A stretch of 32,000 nucleotides of DNA from positions 4,800,001-4,832,000 of the forward strand of contig NZ_CP042911.1 of the NCBI RefSeq assembly GCF_008065095.1, in the 5' to 3' direction. Of this stretch, positions 9,318 through 18,095 are shown one piece after another. Origin of the DNA: Gemmata obscuriglobus (GTDB lineage Bacteria; Planctomycetota; Planctomycetia; Gemmatales; Gemmataceae). The notes under the pieces are model-generated. The model was not told the origin of the DNA. It ran no database searches and saw nothing but the letters and a program-made list of their open reading frames with translations. A program made the position numbers and the translations under genes. The stretch's first letter is position 1, and each line of letters starts with the position of its first letter.

Positions 9318-9875
9318 TCATTGCCTTTTGCGGGCCGCCGCGAGCATGTTGCAGAACAGCTCCCCCTGGCCGAGCGCGTCGTCGAGCGCCCGGTGGGTGT
9401 GCGGCCGGTCCGAGAACCACCCGCGGGGCATGTTGCTCTTCGTCGCGTTGCGGTAGTCGCACCCGAGCGCCACCATCGCGAGCGTCTTCATGTCCAGCGC
9501 CGAGAACGAGAACGGCGACTCGCCGGCGAACCGGATCAGGTACCAGTACATGAACAGGAAATCGAACCCGGCGGGGTACGCGACGAACACCGGCTTGCCG
9601 GGCAGGCCCTTCACCCACGTGACGTACTCGGGCAGCACGTCGGCGGGCTCCCGCGTCCCCTCGCGGCACGCGTCCCAAGCGTGCGGTTGCGTCCTCCACC
9701 AGGCCATCGTCTCGGGGTGCCCGTAGGCGCCGGACAGGGTGCGCAAGTTGGCCTCGAACGTCCCGAGGACCTTCCCACCGGCGGTGAACGCAGCCGACCC
9801 GAAGCTGAGCATCGAGTGCGGGCCGGGGATCGGCCCGTCCGTCTCGACATCGGTGCTGACGTAGATCTCTTCCAT
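9318..9875 (-). CDS. DEDD-type 3'-5' exonuclease (DnaQ/epsilon-like)
   Basis: ATG 9875 is preceded by GGGAGCAGAGGG. The sequence [26 protein letters not shown]...[10 protein letters not shown] contains the Exo I DxE motif and the Exo III HxxxD motif. Confidence 0.75.
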   Translation of the reverse strand: MEEIYVSTDVETDGPIPGPHSMLSFGSAAFTAGGKVLGTFEANLRTLSGAYGHPETMAWWRTQPHAWDACREGTREPADVLPEYVTWVKGLPGKPVFVAYPAGFDFLFMYWYLIRFAGESPFSFSALDMKTLAMVALGCDYRNATKSNMPRGWFSDRPHTHRALDDALGQGELFCNMLAAARKRQ

Positions 9876-10220
9876 CCCTCTGCTCCCCGGCGCCACGCCG
9901 TCAGCGCTCTAACGCCGATCCGCTCGCCCGGGGTCAGTTTACGTGCGGCCGCGGCCGTGTCGCCGCCAGCAGCCCGTCCGGTCCTCTCTGCGCGGTCGCC
10001 GTGACGACCGCGCGGCGGCCTGCGTCTGCTGTCGCACATGGGATCGATTCGTTCGGCTGACCCGAACTGTGCGAACGCGCGGATCGCTCCGGGCGTGCCA
10101 TCGGCACCGGCCACGGATTCGCGGTCCGCCCCCGTTTAGTCCTCAAGCCGCCGGCACCGGCGAATCGATGTGGCCAAAGGCCACAGCACGCCGATCGAAC
10201 CTGAGCACCCGCGCCGAAGC

Positions 10221-10610
10221 ATGAGTACCACGAACGAACCGCCCGCCCTGTACGTCCGAAAGGTCCGCGGTATGGGCCGCGGCGTGTTCGCCGGCCGCGC
10301 CTACCGTGCGGGCGAGGTGATCGAGGAGTGTCCGGTCGTCCGGATTCCGACGCACCCCAAAGGCCCCGGGGGGAAGGCACTCGAGCACTACGTGTTCGAG
10401 TGGGACGCGGGCACCGGTGAACTGGCCATCGCGCTCGGGTACGGGTCGCTGTATAACCACTCGCCGGAGCCGAACGCCCGGTTCAAACCGCGGATGTCGC
10501 GCAACGACATCGTGTTCCGGGCGCTCCGGGACATTCAGGAGGGCGAGCAGATCTTCGTGGACTACCGGTGGGACGCGGCTGAATACGAACAATTCCACGG
10601 GGGCTCGTGA
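10221..10610 (+). CDS. SET-domain protein (putative lysine methyltransferase)
   Basis: ATG 10221. SET signature elements are GRGVFAGRAYRAGEVIEECP, LGYGSLYNHSPEPNA and GEQIFVDY. Confidence 0.75.
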   Translation: MSTTNEPPALYVRKVRGMGRGVFAGRAYRAGEVIEECPVVRIPTHPKGPGGKALEHYVFEWDAGTGELAIALGYGSLYNHSPEPNARFKPRMSRNDIVFRALRDIQEGEQIFVDYRWDAAEYEQFHGGS

Positions 10611-10995
10611 CAGCCGCCAGGACCGCTCCGGTCGTCTCCTACCGCTCGCAACGCGCGGGCGACACGGAGCAATTCACACCGGCTGTCCTGACTACACCTT
10701 AACCTTGCGAGTGTGATTGAACGCACCGCGTCTGCCGGATGCTTGTACCGCCCCGGGGCCACCTGGTGCGTGTTCGGCGCCCTTCGGACACATCGGTCCG
10801 CGTACAATTTCGCATGGCGTTCATGGCGCGACCGGCGCCCTCGATACATCTCGTCGCCCGGCGCGGGGTTACGGTTCGTTTCCGGTTGACACCCCCACCC
10901 CACCGTTTAAGTTCAAGTAAAGAGTGAAAGGTGCGGCCCGCCGCGCGCCATGAACCCTTGAGACCGCACCTTCGGCCACCGCGACGAGGAAACTC

Positions 10996-12591
10996 ATGGC
11001 CAAGACCAAAGAGGCGAGCACCCCGCTGATCTGCGCGGTGGTGTTCTTTGTGCTCACGACCATCGCGTTCGGCGTGATGTGGTACCTCTCGTACTCCGAG
11101 ATGGACACGCACGTGAACAACAAGAAGAACGCGGAGAAGGACCTCGCCGCGATGCGGACCTCGAAGGACGAGGCCGAGCGCCTCGCCCGCGTGTACCGCA
11201 TCCTTGCGGGCGTCTCCCGGGACGACGACGTGCAGGTGGTCACCACCGAGGCCAAGCCGAACGACAAGATCGCGGTCGAGGTGAAGCAGTTCAACGACAC
11301 CCTGATCAAGAAGTCGGGCGTCGCGGACGCTGCGGGGCTGCCGAAGGAGATCGAGCTGTGGGCGATCGACGCGAACGGCAAGGTCGGCACCCCGCCGCCC
11401 GAGGGGCTGATCGGTCAGGTGGCCAAGCTAAACCGAAAGGACACCCTGTACGAGTCCATCGAGAAGGCGCTGGCGAACTACCAGAAGCTGGCTCAGTCGA
11501 TGGTCGACGACGCCAAGAGGCTCCAGGCCGCTGCGGCGGCACTGAAAGAGGCGTCGGACAAGTTCCCGGCCGATGTGAAGAAGCAGGTGGCCGACGTGGT
11601 GGCCGCATTCGACAAACGGACCGAGACGTACCAAAAAGATATGGCCAAAGCGAGCAAGGATCTCACCGACGCCAATGACGCTCGTGAGTTGGCCGCTCGC
11701 GAACTGAGACGGGCCACCGCCAACATTAAGGATCTGCAACAGGACAACCAGCGCCTCGCGCAAGAGGTGAACAAGGGCGACCGCGACACGTTCAGCTTCG
11801 ACGAGCCGCAGGGTAAGATTCTGCGGAAATTGCCCGACGGCGTGTACGAGATCAACCTGGGTTCGGCGGCGAACGTGCGCCCGGGGCTCACGTTCACGGT
11901 GCAGCCCCGCGACTTCCAGGAGAAGGGCCGCGAGTCGCGGATGCGGTCCGTGCGGGTGCCCGACCCGAAGGGCGGGTTCAAGTCGGTCGACAAGTTCATC
12001 CCGCGCGGGGCGGTCGAGGTGTACGAGGTGCTCGGGCCGAACCTGTCTTTGGCCCGGTTCCAGCGGTCCGCGGACCCGCAGAACAGCCCCTACGGGGCCG
12101 AGTTGGACCCGGTCCGCGACGGCATCGTGGTCGGCGACCTCCTGTTCAACTCCGTGTGGCGCAAGGGTGTGGCGGATCGTGTCGCGCTGGTGGGCATCTT
12201 CGATATCAACGGCGACGGCATTGATGACATCGAAACGGTGGTCCGCGACCTGACCAAGATGGGCATCCCGGTGGACGCGTACTTCGACATGAAGAAGCGC
12301 GTGTGGGTGGGCCAGGTGACCGAGCGCACCCGGTACGTGGTCGAGGGGTACTACCCGATCAACTCGGCCACCGACCCCAACCGCGACGAGAAGACCAAGC
12401 TGCTCAACACCATGAGCGCGGCCATCAACGAGACCAAACAAAAAGGCGTGACCGCCGTTAACTTCCGTGACTTCTTCGGCCGCATGGGCTTCAAGTTCCG
12501 CCTTGATGTGGCCGACGACCGGATCAACCAGGCGACCGTCCCGTACCTCAATAACGTGGGCGTTGGTGACCCGGCCCCGCCGGCGCCGTGA
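10996..12591 (+). CDS. membrane-anchored coiled-coil protein, function unknown
   Basis: A 531-aa ORF. It has an N-terminal TM helix (LICAVVFFVLTTIAFGVMWYL) and a long K/E/A/D-rich heptad-like region. The C-terminal domain looks globular. The codon usage looks native. Confidence 0.7.
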   Translation: MAKTKEASTPLICAVVFFVLTTIAFGVMWYLSYSEMDTHVNNKKNAEKDLAAMRTSKDEAERLARVYRILAGVSRDDDVQVVTTEAKPNDKIAVEVKQFNDTLIKKSGVADAAGLPKEIELWAIDANGKVGTPPPEGLIGQVAKLNRKDTLYESIEKALANYQKLAQSMVDDAKRLQAAAAALKEASDKFPADVKKQVADVVAAFDKRTETYQKDMAKASKDLTDANDARELAARELRRATANIKDLQQDNQRLAQEVNKGDRDTFSFDEPQGKILRKLPDGVYEINLGSAANVRPGLTFTVQPRDFQEKGRESRMRSVRVPDPKGGFKSVDKFIPRGAVEVYEVLGPNLSLARFQRSADPQNSPYGAELDPVRDGIVVGDLLFNSVWRKGVADRVALVGIFDINGDGIDDIETVVRDLTKMGIPVDAYFDMKKRVWVGQVTERTRYVVEGYYPINSATDPNRDEKTKLLNTMSAAINETKQKGVTAVNFRDFFGRMGFKFRLDVADDRINQATVPYLNNVGVGDPAPPAP

Positions 12592-12611
12592 TCTGAAAGC
12601 GAAAATCGGTC

Positions 12612-12662
12612 CGGGCCACGGGCCCCGCGGCAATGGTAGATTGCCGCGGGGCCCGTGGCCCG
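12612..12662. terminator. perfect 22-bp-stem hairpin between the coiled-coil gene and pheT
   Basis: CGGGCCACGGGCCCCGCGGCAA (12612-12633) pairs perfectly with TTGCCGCGGGGCCCGTGGCCCG (12641-12662). The loop is TGGTAGA. There is no clear U-tract on the plus strand. Confidence 0.5.
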
Positions 12663-12895
12663 CCTTCGTTCGGCCGGCAATTACGGTTCGGGGTGCCGGG
12701 GCCTTCGGTGCGGATGCGCAGGACATCTCTTCGATCGGCCCCATTGCCCGCATTCCGCACCGCGCGGCGGCGGTTTGCGGGCGCGATCGTTTCCCCCACA
12801 TGCTGATTCCGACCGGGCCGCGAACCACTGCCGGCCCGCGGGCTGTCCCGTAACATGTCAGGCATTCGCACTCCGTGAAGTACAAGGCCGACGCC

Positions 12896-15451
12896 ATGCT
12901 CGTTCCGCTGTCCTGGCTCAAAGACTACGTGCCCCTCCCCGCCGACCCCGGCGCCCTTGTGGAGCGGCTCACCATCGCGGGGCTCGAGTCGTCCGGCGTG
13001 AAGCTGTTCGGGGTGCCGGCCGCCGGCACCTTGCGCGTCAAGCCCGAGGACGCCGGGCTCGTCTGGGAGCGCGACAAGCTGGTCGTCGCGCAGGTGCTCG
13101 AGATCACCAAGCACCCCAACGCCGACTCCCTCAAGCTCGTCAAACTCAACTACGGCGCCGGCGAGCCCAAAACCGTCATCACCGGCGCGGAGAACATCGC
13201 CCCCGGTCAGAGCGGGATGAAGATCGTCCTCGGGCTGCGCGGCTCGCGGTACTTCTTCACCGGCAAGGACGGCAAGAAGACCGTCATGACCCTCGAGCCG
13301 AAGGCGCTCCGCGGCATCGACAACGACGCCATGTGCATGTCGGACTTCGAGCTGGGGATCGCCGAGGAGAGCGAGGGCATCATCATCCTCGACGACGCCG
13401 ACGCCGAACCCGGCACGCCGGTTCAGGACGTGCTCGGCGAGGTCGTCGTCGAACTCGACATCCTGCCCAACATGGCCCGCTGCCTGTCGATGCACGGGAT
13501 CGCCCGCGAGGTCGCGGCGCTCACCGGCGTCGCCGCGACCATCCCGACCCCGGTCGTCCCCGTCAGCCACGAGAAGGTGGAGGGTAAGGTTCACGTCGAG
13601 ATCGCCGACCCGAAGCTGTGCGGCCGGTACACCGCGACCGTCGTCCGCAACGTCACGGTGAAGGACGCGCCGCGGTGGATGCGGTCGCGCCTGCACGCCG
13701 CCGGGATGCGCCCCATCAACAACGCCGTGGACATCACCAACTACGTGATGCTCGAACACGGCCAGCCGCTGCACGCGTTCGACTACGACGTGCTCGTGGC
13801 CCGCGCGGGCGGCAAGGCCCCCACGATCACCGTGCGATCTGCCAAAGCCGGCGAAACGCTCAAAACCCTCGACGGACAGGACCGCGAGCTGTCGCCGGAC
13901 AACCTCGTGATCGCGGACGCCGCCGGCGTGATCGCGCTCGCGGGCGTGATGGGCGGGGCCGAAACGGAAGTGTCCGCCGCCACGAAAACGCTCCTGCTCG
14001 AAAGCGCGAGCTTCGACTTCGTCAGCGTGCGCAAGACGGCGCGGCAGTTCAACCTGTTCAGCGAGGCCAGCACGCGGTTCAGCCGCGGCGTTCACCCCGC
14101 GCTTGCCGGCACCGCGGCCGTCCGCGCCGCGCAACTGTTCCACGACCACGCCGGCGGCGAGGTGCTGGCCGGCGTCGTCGACAGCTACCCCGCGCCGGTC
14201 CCGCGCCAGGTCATCGACCTCAACGCAGGCGACATCGAGCGGCTGCTCGGGTTCAGCATTCCGCCCGCGGAAGTGGCCCGCGTCTTGACCGCCCTTCAGT
14301 TCCAGGTGGAGCCGAACGGCGAGGACGCGTGGGTGGTCACCACCCCGGAAACGCGGCTCGACATTCAGGCCGGGGTCGCGGACCTGGTGGAAGAGCTGGC
14401 GCGCGTGTACGGGTACGACAACCTGCCCGAGCGGCTGCTCCCGCTGGAGCTGCCCGAGCCGAAGGGCAACCGGGCGCTCGAACTCGAAGACCGGGTGCGC
14501 GACCTGCTCGCCGACCAGGGGTTGAACGAGGCGATCACGTACTCGCTCAGCAGCGCGGACGCGGAAGCGAAGCTCCAGCCCGCCGCGCCGCAGCCTGCGG
14601 CCGAAGGGCAAGCGGGAAGCGGCTTCGTCGCGCTCCTCAACCCGCTGTCGCCGGAGCGGGCGGTGATGCGCCGGGTGCTGCTCCCCGGGTTGCTCCAGGT
14701 GGCACAAAAGAACCTCGAAGCGGCGGACAGCGTCGCGCTGTACGAACTCGGGTTCGTGTACCTGCCGAAGCCGGGCGAGCGGTTGCCGGCGGAGCCGCGG
14801 AAGCTGGCGGTCGTGCTGTGCGGTCGGCGGACCGGCGCGGCGTGGGACGATCCGCAAGGCGTCAGCCCCGCGAAGTACGACTTCTACGACCTCAAGGGCG
14901 TGGTGGAAGGGCTGACGGGCGACCTGCACATTCCCGGCGTGTCGTTCGCACCGACGCGCGACGTGCCGTGGTTGCACCCGATGCGCGCCGCCGAACTCCG
15001 CGTGAACGGCGCGGCGGTCGGAACGTTCGGCGAGTTGCACCCAAAGGTGGCGGAGGCGTTCCTCCTCGGCGAGCGCGCCGTTCAGGTCGCCGAACTCGAT
15101 CTGGAAGCGGTCTTGGCCGCGGTGCCCGCGCGGTACGGGTACAAGCCGTTCAGCACGTTCCCGCCCGCCAAGCGGGACGTGGCCGTGGTGGTCGCGGACG
15201 CCACCCCGGCGGAGGCGGTGCTGACGGAGATCCGGACCGCGGGCGGCGACCTGCTGACCGACGCGAGCCTGTTCGACGTGTACCGCGGCGCGGGCCTGCC
15301 GGAGGGGAGCAAGAGCCTCGCGTTCGCGCTGACCTACCGGGCGCCCGACCGCACCCTCGGCGAGAAAGAGATTGCCAAGGCGCACGAGAAGGTCGAGGCG
15401 CGACTGAAAGAAACGCTGAAAGCTCAGATTCGCGGGAAGGATCTCGCCTGA
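12896..15451 (+). CDS. pheT: phenylalanine--tRNA ligase beta subunit
   Basis: MLVPLSWLKDYVPLP is the canonical PheT N-terminus. Also present are the tRNA-binding domain (VVAQVLEITKHPNADSLKLVKLNYG), the B3/4 and B5 regions, and the C-terminal FDVYRGAGLPEGSKSLAFALTYRAPDRTL motif. ATG 12896 is preferred over GTG 12875. Confidence 0.95.
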   Translation: MLVPLSWLKDYVPLPADPGALVERLTIAGLESSGVKLFGVPAAGTLRVKPEDAGLVWERDKLVVAQVLEITKHPNADSLKLVKLNYGAGEPKTVITGAENIAPGQSGMKIVLGLRGSRYFFTGKDGKKTVMTLEPKALRGIDNDAMCMSDFELGIAEESEGIIILDDADAEPGTPVQDVLGEVVVELDILPNMARCLSMHGIAREVAALTGVAATIPTPVVPVSHEKVEGKVHVEIADPKLCGRYTATVVRNVTVKDAPRWMRSRLHAAGMRPINNAVDITNYVMLEHGQPLHAFDYDVLVARAGGKAPTITVRSAKAGETLKTLDGQDRELSPDNLVIADAAGVIALAGVMGGAETEVSAATKTLLLESASFDFVSVRKTARQFNLFSEASTRFSRGVHPALAGTAAVRAAQLFHDHAGGEVLAGVVDSYPAPVPRQVIDLNAGDIERLLGFSIPPAEVARVLTALQFQVEPNGEDAWVVTTPETRLDIQAGVADLVEELARVYGYDNLPERLLPLELPEPKGNRALELEDRVRDLLADQGLNEAITYSLSSADAEAKLQPAAPQPAAEGQAGSGFVALLNPLSPERAVMRRVLLPGLLQVAQKNLEAADSVALYELGFVYLPKPGERLPAEPRKLAVVLCGRRTGAAWDDPQGVSPAKYDFYDLKGVVEGLTGDLHIPGVSFAPTRDVPWLHPMRAAELRVNGAAVGTFGELHPKVAEAFLLGERAVQVAELDLEAVLAAVPARYGYKPFSTFPPAKRDVAVVVADATPAEAVLTEIRTAGGDLLTDASLFDVYRGAGLPEGSKSLAFALTYRAPDRTLGEKEIAKAHEKVEARLKETLKAQIRGKDLA

Positions 15452-15702
15452 TCCCGCGGAGCGACCGCACCGCGGTCCGGGTAGCCGTGCCGCGGTAGCA
15501 GGCGGCGTTACCGAGCGCGGGCGTCAGGCCGTTACGATGCGCAACGGGACGAGCCGGCCGAGGTGTAGTCAGAGCGTAACCGTACCTACCGGAACCTCTG
15601 CGCCGGGTGCGGCTCGCTCGGCGATCCCGTTACCGCACACTCCTGACCGCCGCTCGCGCGGGTGTGCTGTCAGTACGGCTTTGCACGCGAGGGGTCCTGA
15701 AA

Positions 15703-15927
15703 ATGAGCGCCGACATCCAAACCCCGCCGCCGACTGCGGGCGGCGCGAGGCCGATCCCGCCGATCGCGGGCGCCGCCGAGAAGCTCCGCGCGATCGCCGA
15801 GAAACAAGCCACCCTCGGCAAAGCGACGTTCGAAGCGCTGCTCGGGGCCGGTGCGCACCTGTGGGCGTCGGAAGAGGAATTCGAGCGGTTCCAACAACTC
15901 GTACGCGAATCGCGGGGCAAGGAATAG
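15703..15927 (+). CDS. small hypothetical protein, possibly the antitoxin of a degraded TA pair
   Basis: ATG 15703 (MSADIQTPPP...LWASEEEFERFQQLVRESRGKE), 74 aa. Its stop lies 2 nt before a GTG that opens a PIN-like N-terminus. Confidence 0.4.
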   Translation: MSADIQTPPPTAGGARPIPPIAGAAEKLRAIAEKQATLGKATFEALLGAGAHLWASEEEFERFQQLVRESRGKE

Positions 15928-15929
15928 CC

Positions 15930-16106
15930 GTGGCCTTCCGCCTCATTGACACGAACATCGTGCCCGACATCAGGCTGCACCACGCACTTTTGCCCGACTT
16001 GGAGCGAAGGGGCAAGTCGGGCGGTTGCGCCCGTGAGTCCCGCGGGGAGCGCTTACCACACTCGCAATTCGTAGCCGATGGAACGCGACGAATGCGTAAC
16101 TGTTGA
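15930..16106 (+). pseudogene. possible remnant of a PIN-domain (VapC-like) toxin gene
   Basis: VAFRLIDTNIV resembles the conserved PIN N-terminus (xLLDTNV). The remaining 48 aa are not PIN-like. A hairpin TGCCCGACTTG/CAAGTCGGGC lies at about 15991-16021. Confidence 0.3.
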
Positions 16107-16200
16107 CCTGCGTGGCGGTCGCCGTTACCCTCGCGAAAGAGATCGCACCTGAGGGGCCTTCGGCCGCGTGGTGATCGATGACCTTCAAGGATGTTCGCAC

Positions 16201-16555
16201 GTGAACTTGGTGAAGTCCAAAGACCGCGTCGCCGACCACGGGGAGGTGTTCACCCCGGCGTGGCTCGTGGACGCGATGCTCGATCTGGTAAAGGATGAGA
16301 CCGAGCGCATTGATTCGCGCTTCCTCGAACCGGCGTGCGGAAGCGGCAACTTCCTTGTTCCGGTGCTGCGGCGCAAACTCGCGGCCGTGGAACTCAAGTA
16401 CGCGAAGTCTGACTTCGAGCGGCGGCACTACGCGATACTCGGGCTGATGTGTATCTACGGCATCGAGTTGCTCGCGGATAACATCGCCGAGTGCCGCGCG
16501 AACTTGCTGGAAGTCTTCGCAGAGTACTTGGGCCTGACCGCGTCGGACGAACTAC
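16201..16555 (+). pseudogene. SAM-dependent DNA methyltransferase-like gene, 5' part (IS3-disrupted)
   Basis: VNLVKSKDRVADHGEVFTPAWLVDAMLDLV...RFLEPACGSGNFLVPVL contains the FTP motif and SAM-binding motif I of gamma-class N6-adenine methyltransferases. The start could instead be GTG 16168. Confidence 0.6.
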
Positions 16556-16596
16556 AGTGGACCCCATTGTCTAGACCAAAAAGTTGCTATCCTTCG

Positions 16597-17463
16597 CTAC
16601 TGTTTCGTCGGGGCCTTCGTGGCTCCGACGCCATACACCTGAGCCGGGGTGCGGTAGTCCAGGGACTGGTGTAACCGCTCGGTGTTGTAGAACCCGAAGT
16701 ACGCCCGGAGCCCACTCTCCAGGGCCGGCACCGACTCGTAACCCTTGAGGTACACGTCCTCGTACTTGACGCTCCGCCACAGGCGCTCCACGAACACGTT
16801 GTCCAGGCACCGGCCCCGCCCGTCCATGCTCACCGCGACCCCGGCCCGCTCCAATCGCCCGACCCACGCGGCGGCCGTGAACTGGACTCCCTGGTCCGTG
16901 TTGAACACCTCCGGCTTGCCCCGGCCCAAGGCCTCCTCCAGCATGTCCTGGCAGAATGACCCGTCCAACGTGTTGGACAGTCGCCAGGCCACCACGTACC
17001 GGCTGAACCAGTCCATCGTTGCGGCCAGGTACATGAACCCGGTGGGCATCGGGATGTACGTGATGTCCGTGCTCCACACCTGATGGACCCGGTCGATGGC
17101 CACGCCCCGCAACAGGTACGGGTACACCTTGTGCCCGGACCCGACCGACAGCTTGGGCTTGGGGTACAGGGCCTCCAACCCCATGATCCGCAACAGCCGC
17201 TGCACCCGCTTGCGGTTCACCTCGTGGCCCTGGGTGCCCAGCCACGCGGCCAGGCGCCGGCTCCCGTAGAACGGGCACGTCGTGTACTGCTCGTCGATCA
17301 ACCGCATCAGCGTCAGGTTCTCCGCGCTCTCCGGGGTCGGCTCGTAGTACACCGTCGAGCGGTTCAATCCGATCAGCTCGCACTGGCGCCGGACGCTCAG
17401 CTCCGGGTGCTCGGCCTCGATCCGGGCACGCTTGGCCTCAGCCGAGGGCGGCCGATTTTTTTT
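16597..17463 (-). CDS. IS3-family transposase OrfB (DDE integrase domain), expressed as an OrfAB fusion
   Basis: The -1 frame is open from 17463. It reads KKNRPPSAEAKRARIEAEHPELSVRRQCELIGLNRSTVYYEP...WSTDITYIPM...FNTDQGVQFT...CLDNVFVERLWRSVKYE...YNTERLHQSLDY. Confidence 0.9.
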   Translation of the reverse strand, partial: KKNRPPSAEAKRARIEAEHPELSVRRQCELIGLNRSTVYYEPTPESAENLTLMRLIDEQYTTCPFYGSRRLAAWLGTQGHEVNRKRVQRLLRIMGLEALYPKPKLSVGSGHKVYPYLLRGVAIDRVHQVWSTDITYIPMPTGFMYLAATMDWFSRYVVAWRLSNTLDGSFCQDMLEEALGRGKPEVFNTDQGVQFTAAAWVGRLERAGVAVSMDGRGRCLDNVFVERLWRSVKYEDVYLKGYESVPALESGLRAYFGFYNTERLHQSLDYRTPAQVYGVGATKAPTKQ

Positions 17464-17725
17464 TCACCCAGTCGAGTTCCACCTTGAGGCGGCCGATCTG
17501 CTCGTACAACTCGGTCGTCTTGTCTTCCGGGGGGCCGGTGCCCTTCGCCCCCGAGGCGAACACGGCCTCGGCCCCGGTGAGCAACTGCTTCTTCCACCCA
17601 TGAATCAGGGTCGGGTGGACGCCGTGCTGACTCGCCAGTTCGTTGATGGTCTTGTCGCCCTTGAGGGCCGCCAGCGCGACCTGGGCCTTGAACGCCGCCG
17701 AGTGACTCTTCCGCTTGCCCGCCAT
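17438..17725 (-). CDS. IS3-family transposase OrfA (HTH)
   Basis: MAGKRKSHSAAFKAQVALAALKGDKTINELASQHGVHPTLIHGWKKQLL...LKVELDWVKKKSAALG. It ends just after the A9 run. Confidence 0.9.
   Translation of the reverse strand: MAGKRKSHSAAFKAQVALAALKGDKTINELASQHGVHPTLIHGWKKQLLTGAEAVFASGAKGTGPPEDKTTELYEQIGRLKVELDWVKKKSAALG
17456..17464 (-). promoter_or_regulatory. A9 slippery run, programmed -1 frameshift site of the IS3 element
   Basis: The minus strand reads TGG GTG AAA AAA AAA TCG. The -1 frame continues into OrfB. Confidence 0.8.
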
Positions 17726-17787
17726 GGGTTCCCCTTTCCTGGGCCTCCGGTATAGCTTAACCGGCGGTCCAGTTTTCGGGGTCCACT

Positions 17788-18095
17788 ATAAACTCTACCG
17801 CGCCGCGTTCTTCGTTCTGTCGCAAAACCTCGTCCACGAGGACGCACTCACGATGCGCGCCCGCGACGAGCAGCCGATCACGTTCGCCGAGTGGGGCTAC
17901 CTGGGCAAGGGGAAGTTCCAGCGGCGCGATTTCCACTTCGATTTCCTCACACAGTCCTCGACCTTCAGCGCGGAAGGTTCGCTCTTCGCCGACCTCGGCA
18001 AGCACGAGATTTTTACACCTGATAAGACGTACCCACCAACAACCGTAGGCGAACTAGCAATTGCCTACGGCGTTACGGCGAAGAGGGCCGTATGA
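17788..18095 (+). pseudogene. SAM-dependent DNA methyltransferase-like gene, 3' part
   Basis: KLYRAAFFVLSQNLVHEDALTMRARDEQPITFAEWGYL...[17 protein letters not shown]. Deleting exactly 16556-17787 joins it in frame to ...LTASDEL. Its TGA overlaps the next ATG (ATGA at 18092-18095). Confidence 0.55.

Larger units (their letters stand above)
16556..17787 (-). mobile_element. IS3-family insertion sequence (about 1232 bp)
   Basis: Imperfect terminal IRs begin AGTGGACCCC at 16556 and end GGGGTCCACT at 17787. It has orfA/orfB with an A9 frameshift site. No target duplication is recognisable. Confidence 0.9.

Noticed and set aside
9063-10004. 313-aa plus-strand ORF starting at the edge of the IS nest.
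   Set aside because: It runs antisense through the DEDD exonuclease gene and its product is Pro/Arg/Ser-rich. The 9061-9317 stretch itself has only a 43-codon ATG-initiated frame on the minus strand, so I leave it unannotated.
10885-10913. Possible sigma70-like promoter (TTGACA, 16 nt, TAAGTT) upstream of the coiled-coil gene.
   Set aside because: The -10 match is only 3 of 6 and there is no independent support. It is not reported as a feature.
11428-12921. 497-aa minus-strand ORF overlapping the coiled-coil gene and the pheT start.
   Set aside because: It is antisense to a well-formed plus-strand gene with a TM anchor and native-looking sequence. Its product is low-complexity (R/G/V/H-rich).
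12548-15385. 945-aa minus-strand ORF, the longest in the track.
   Set aside because: It is exactly antisense to pheT. Its product is Arg/Gly/Val/His-rich with no recognisable motif. This is a typical spurious open frame in about 70% GC DNA. The same applies to 13618..15498(+), an alternative frame of pheT with an Arg-rich product.
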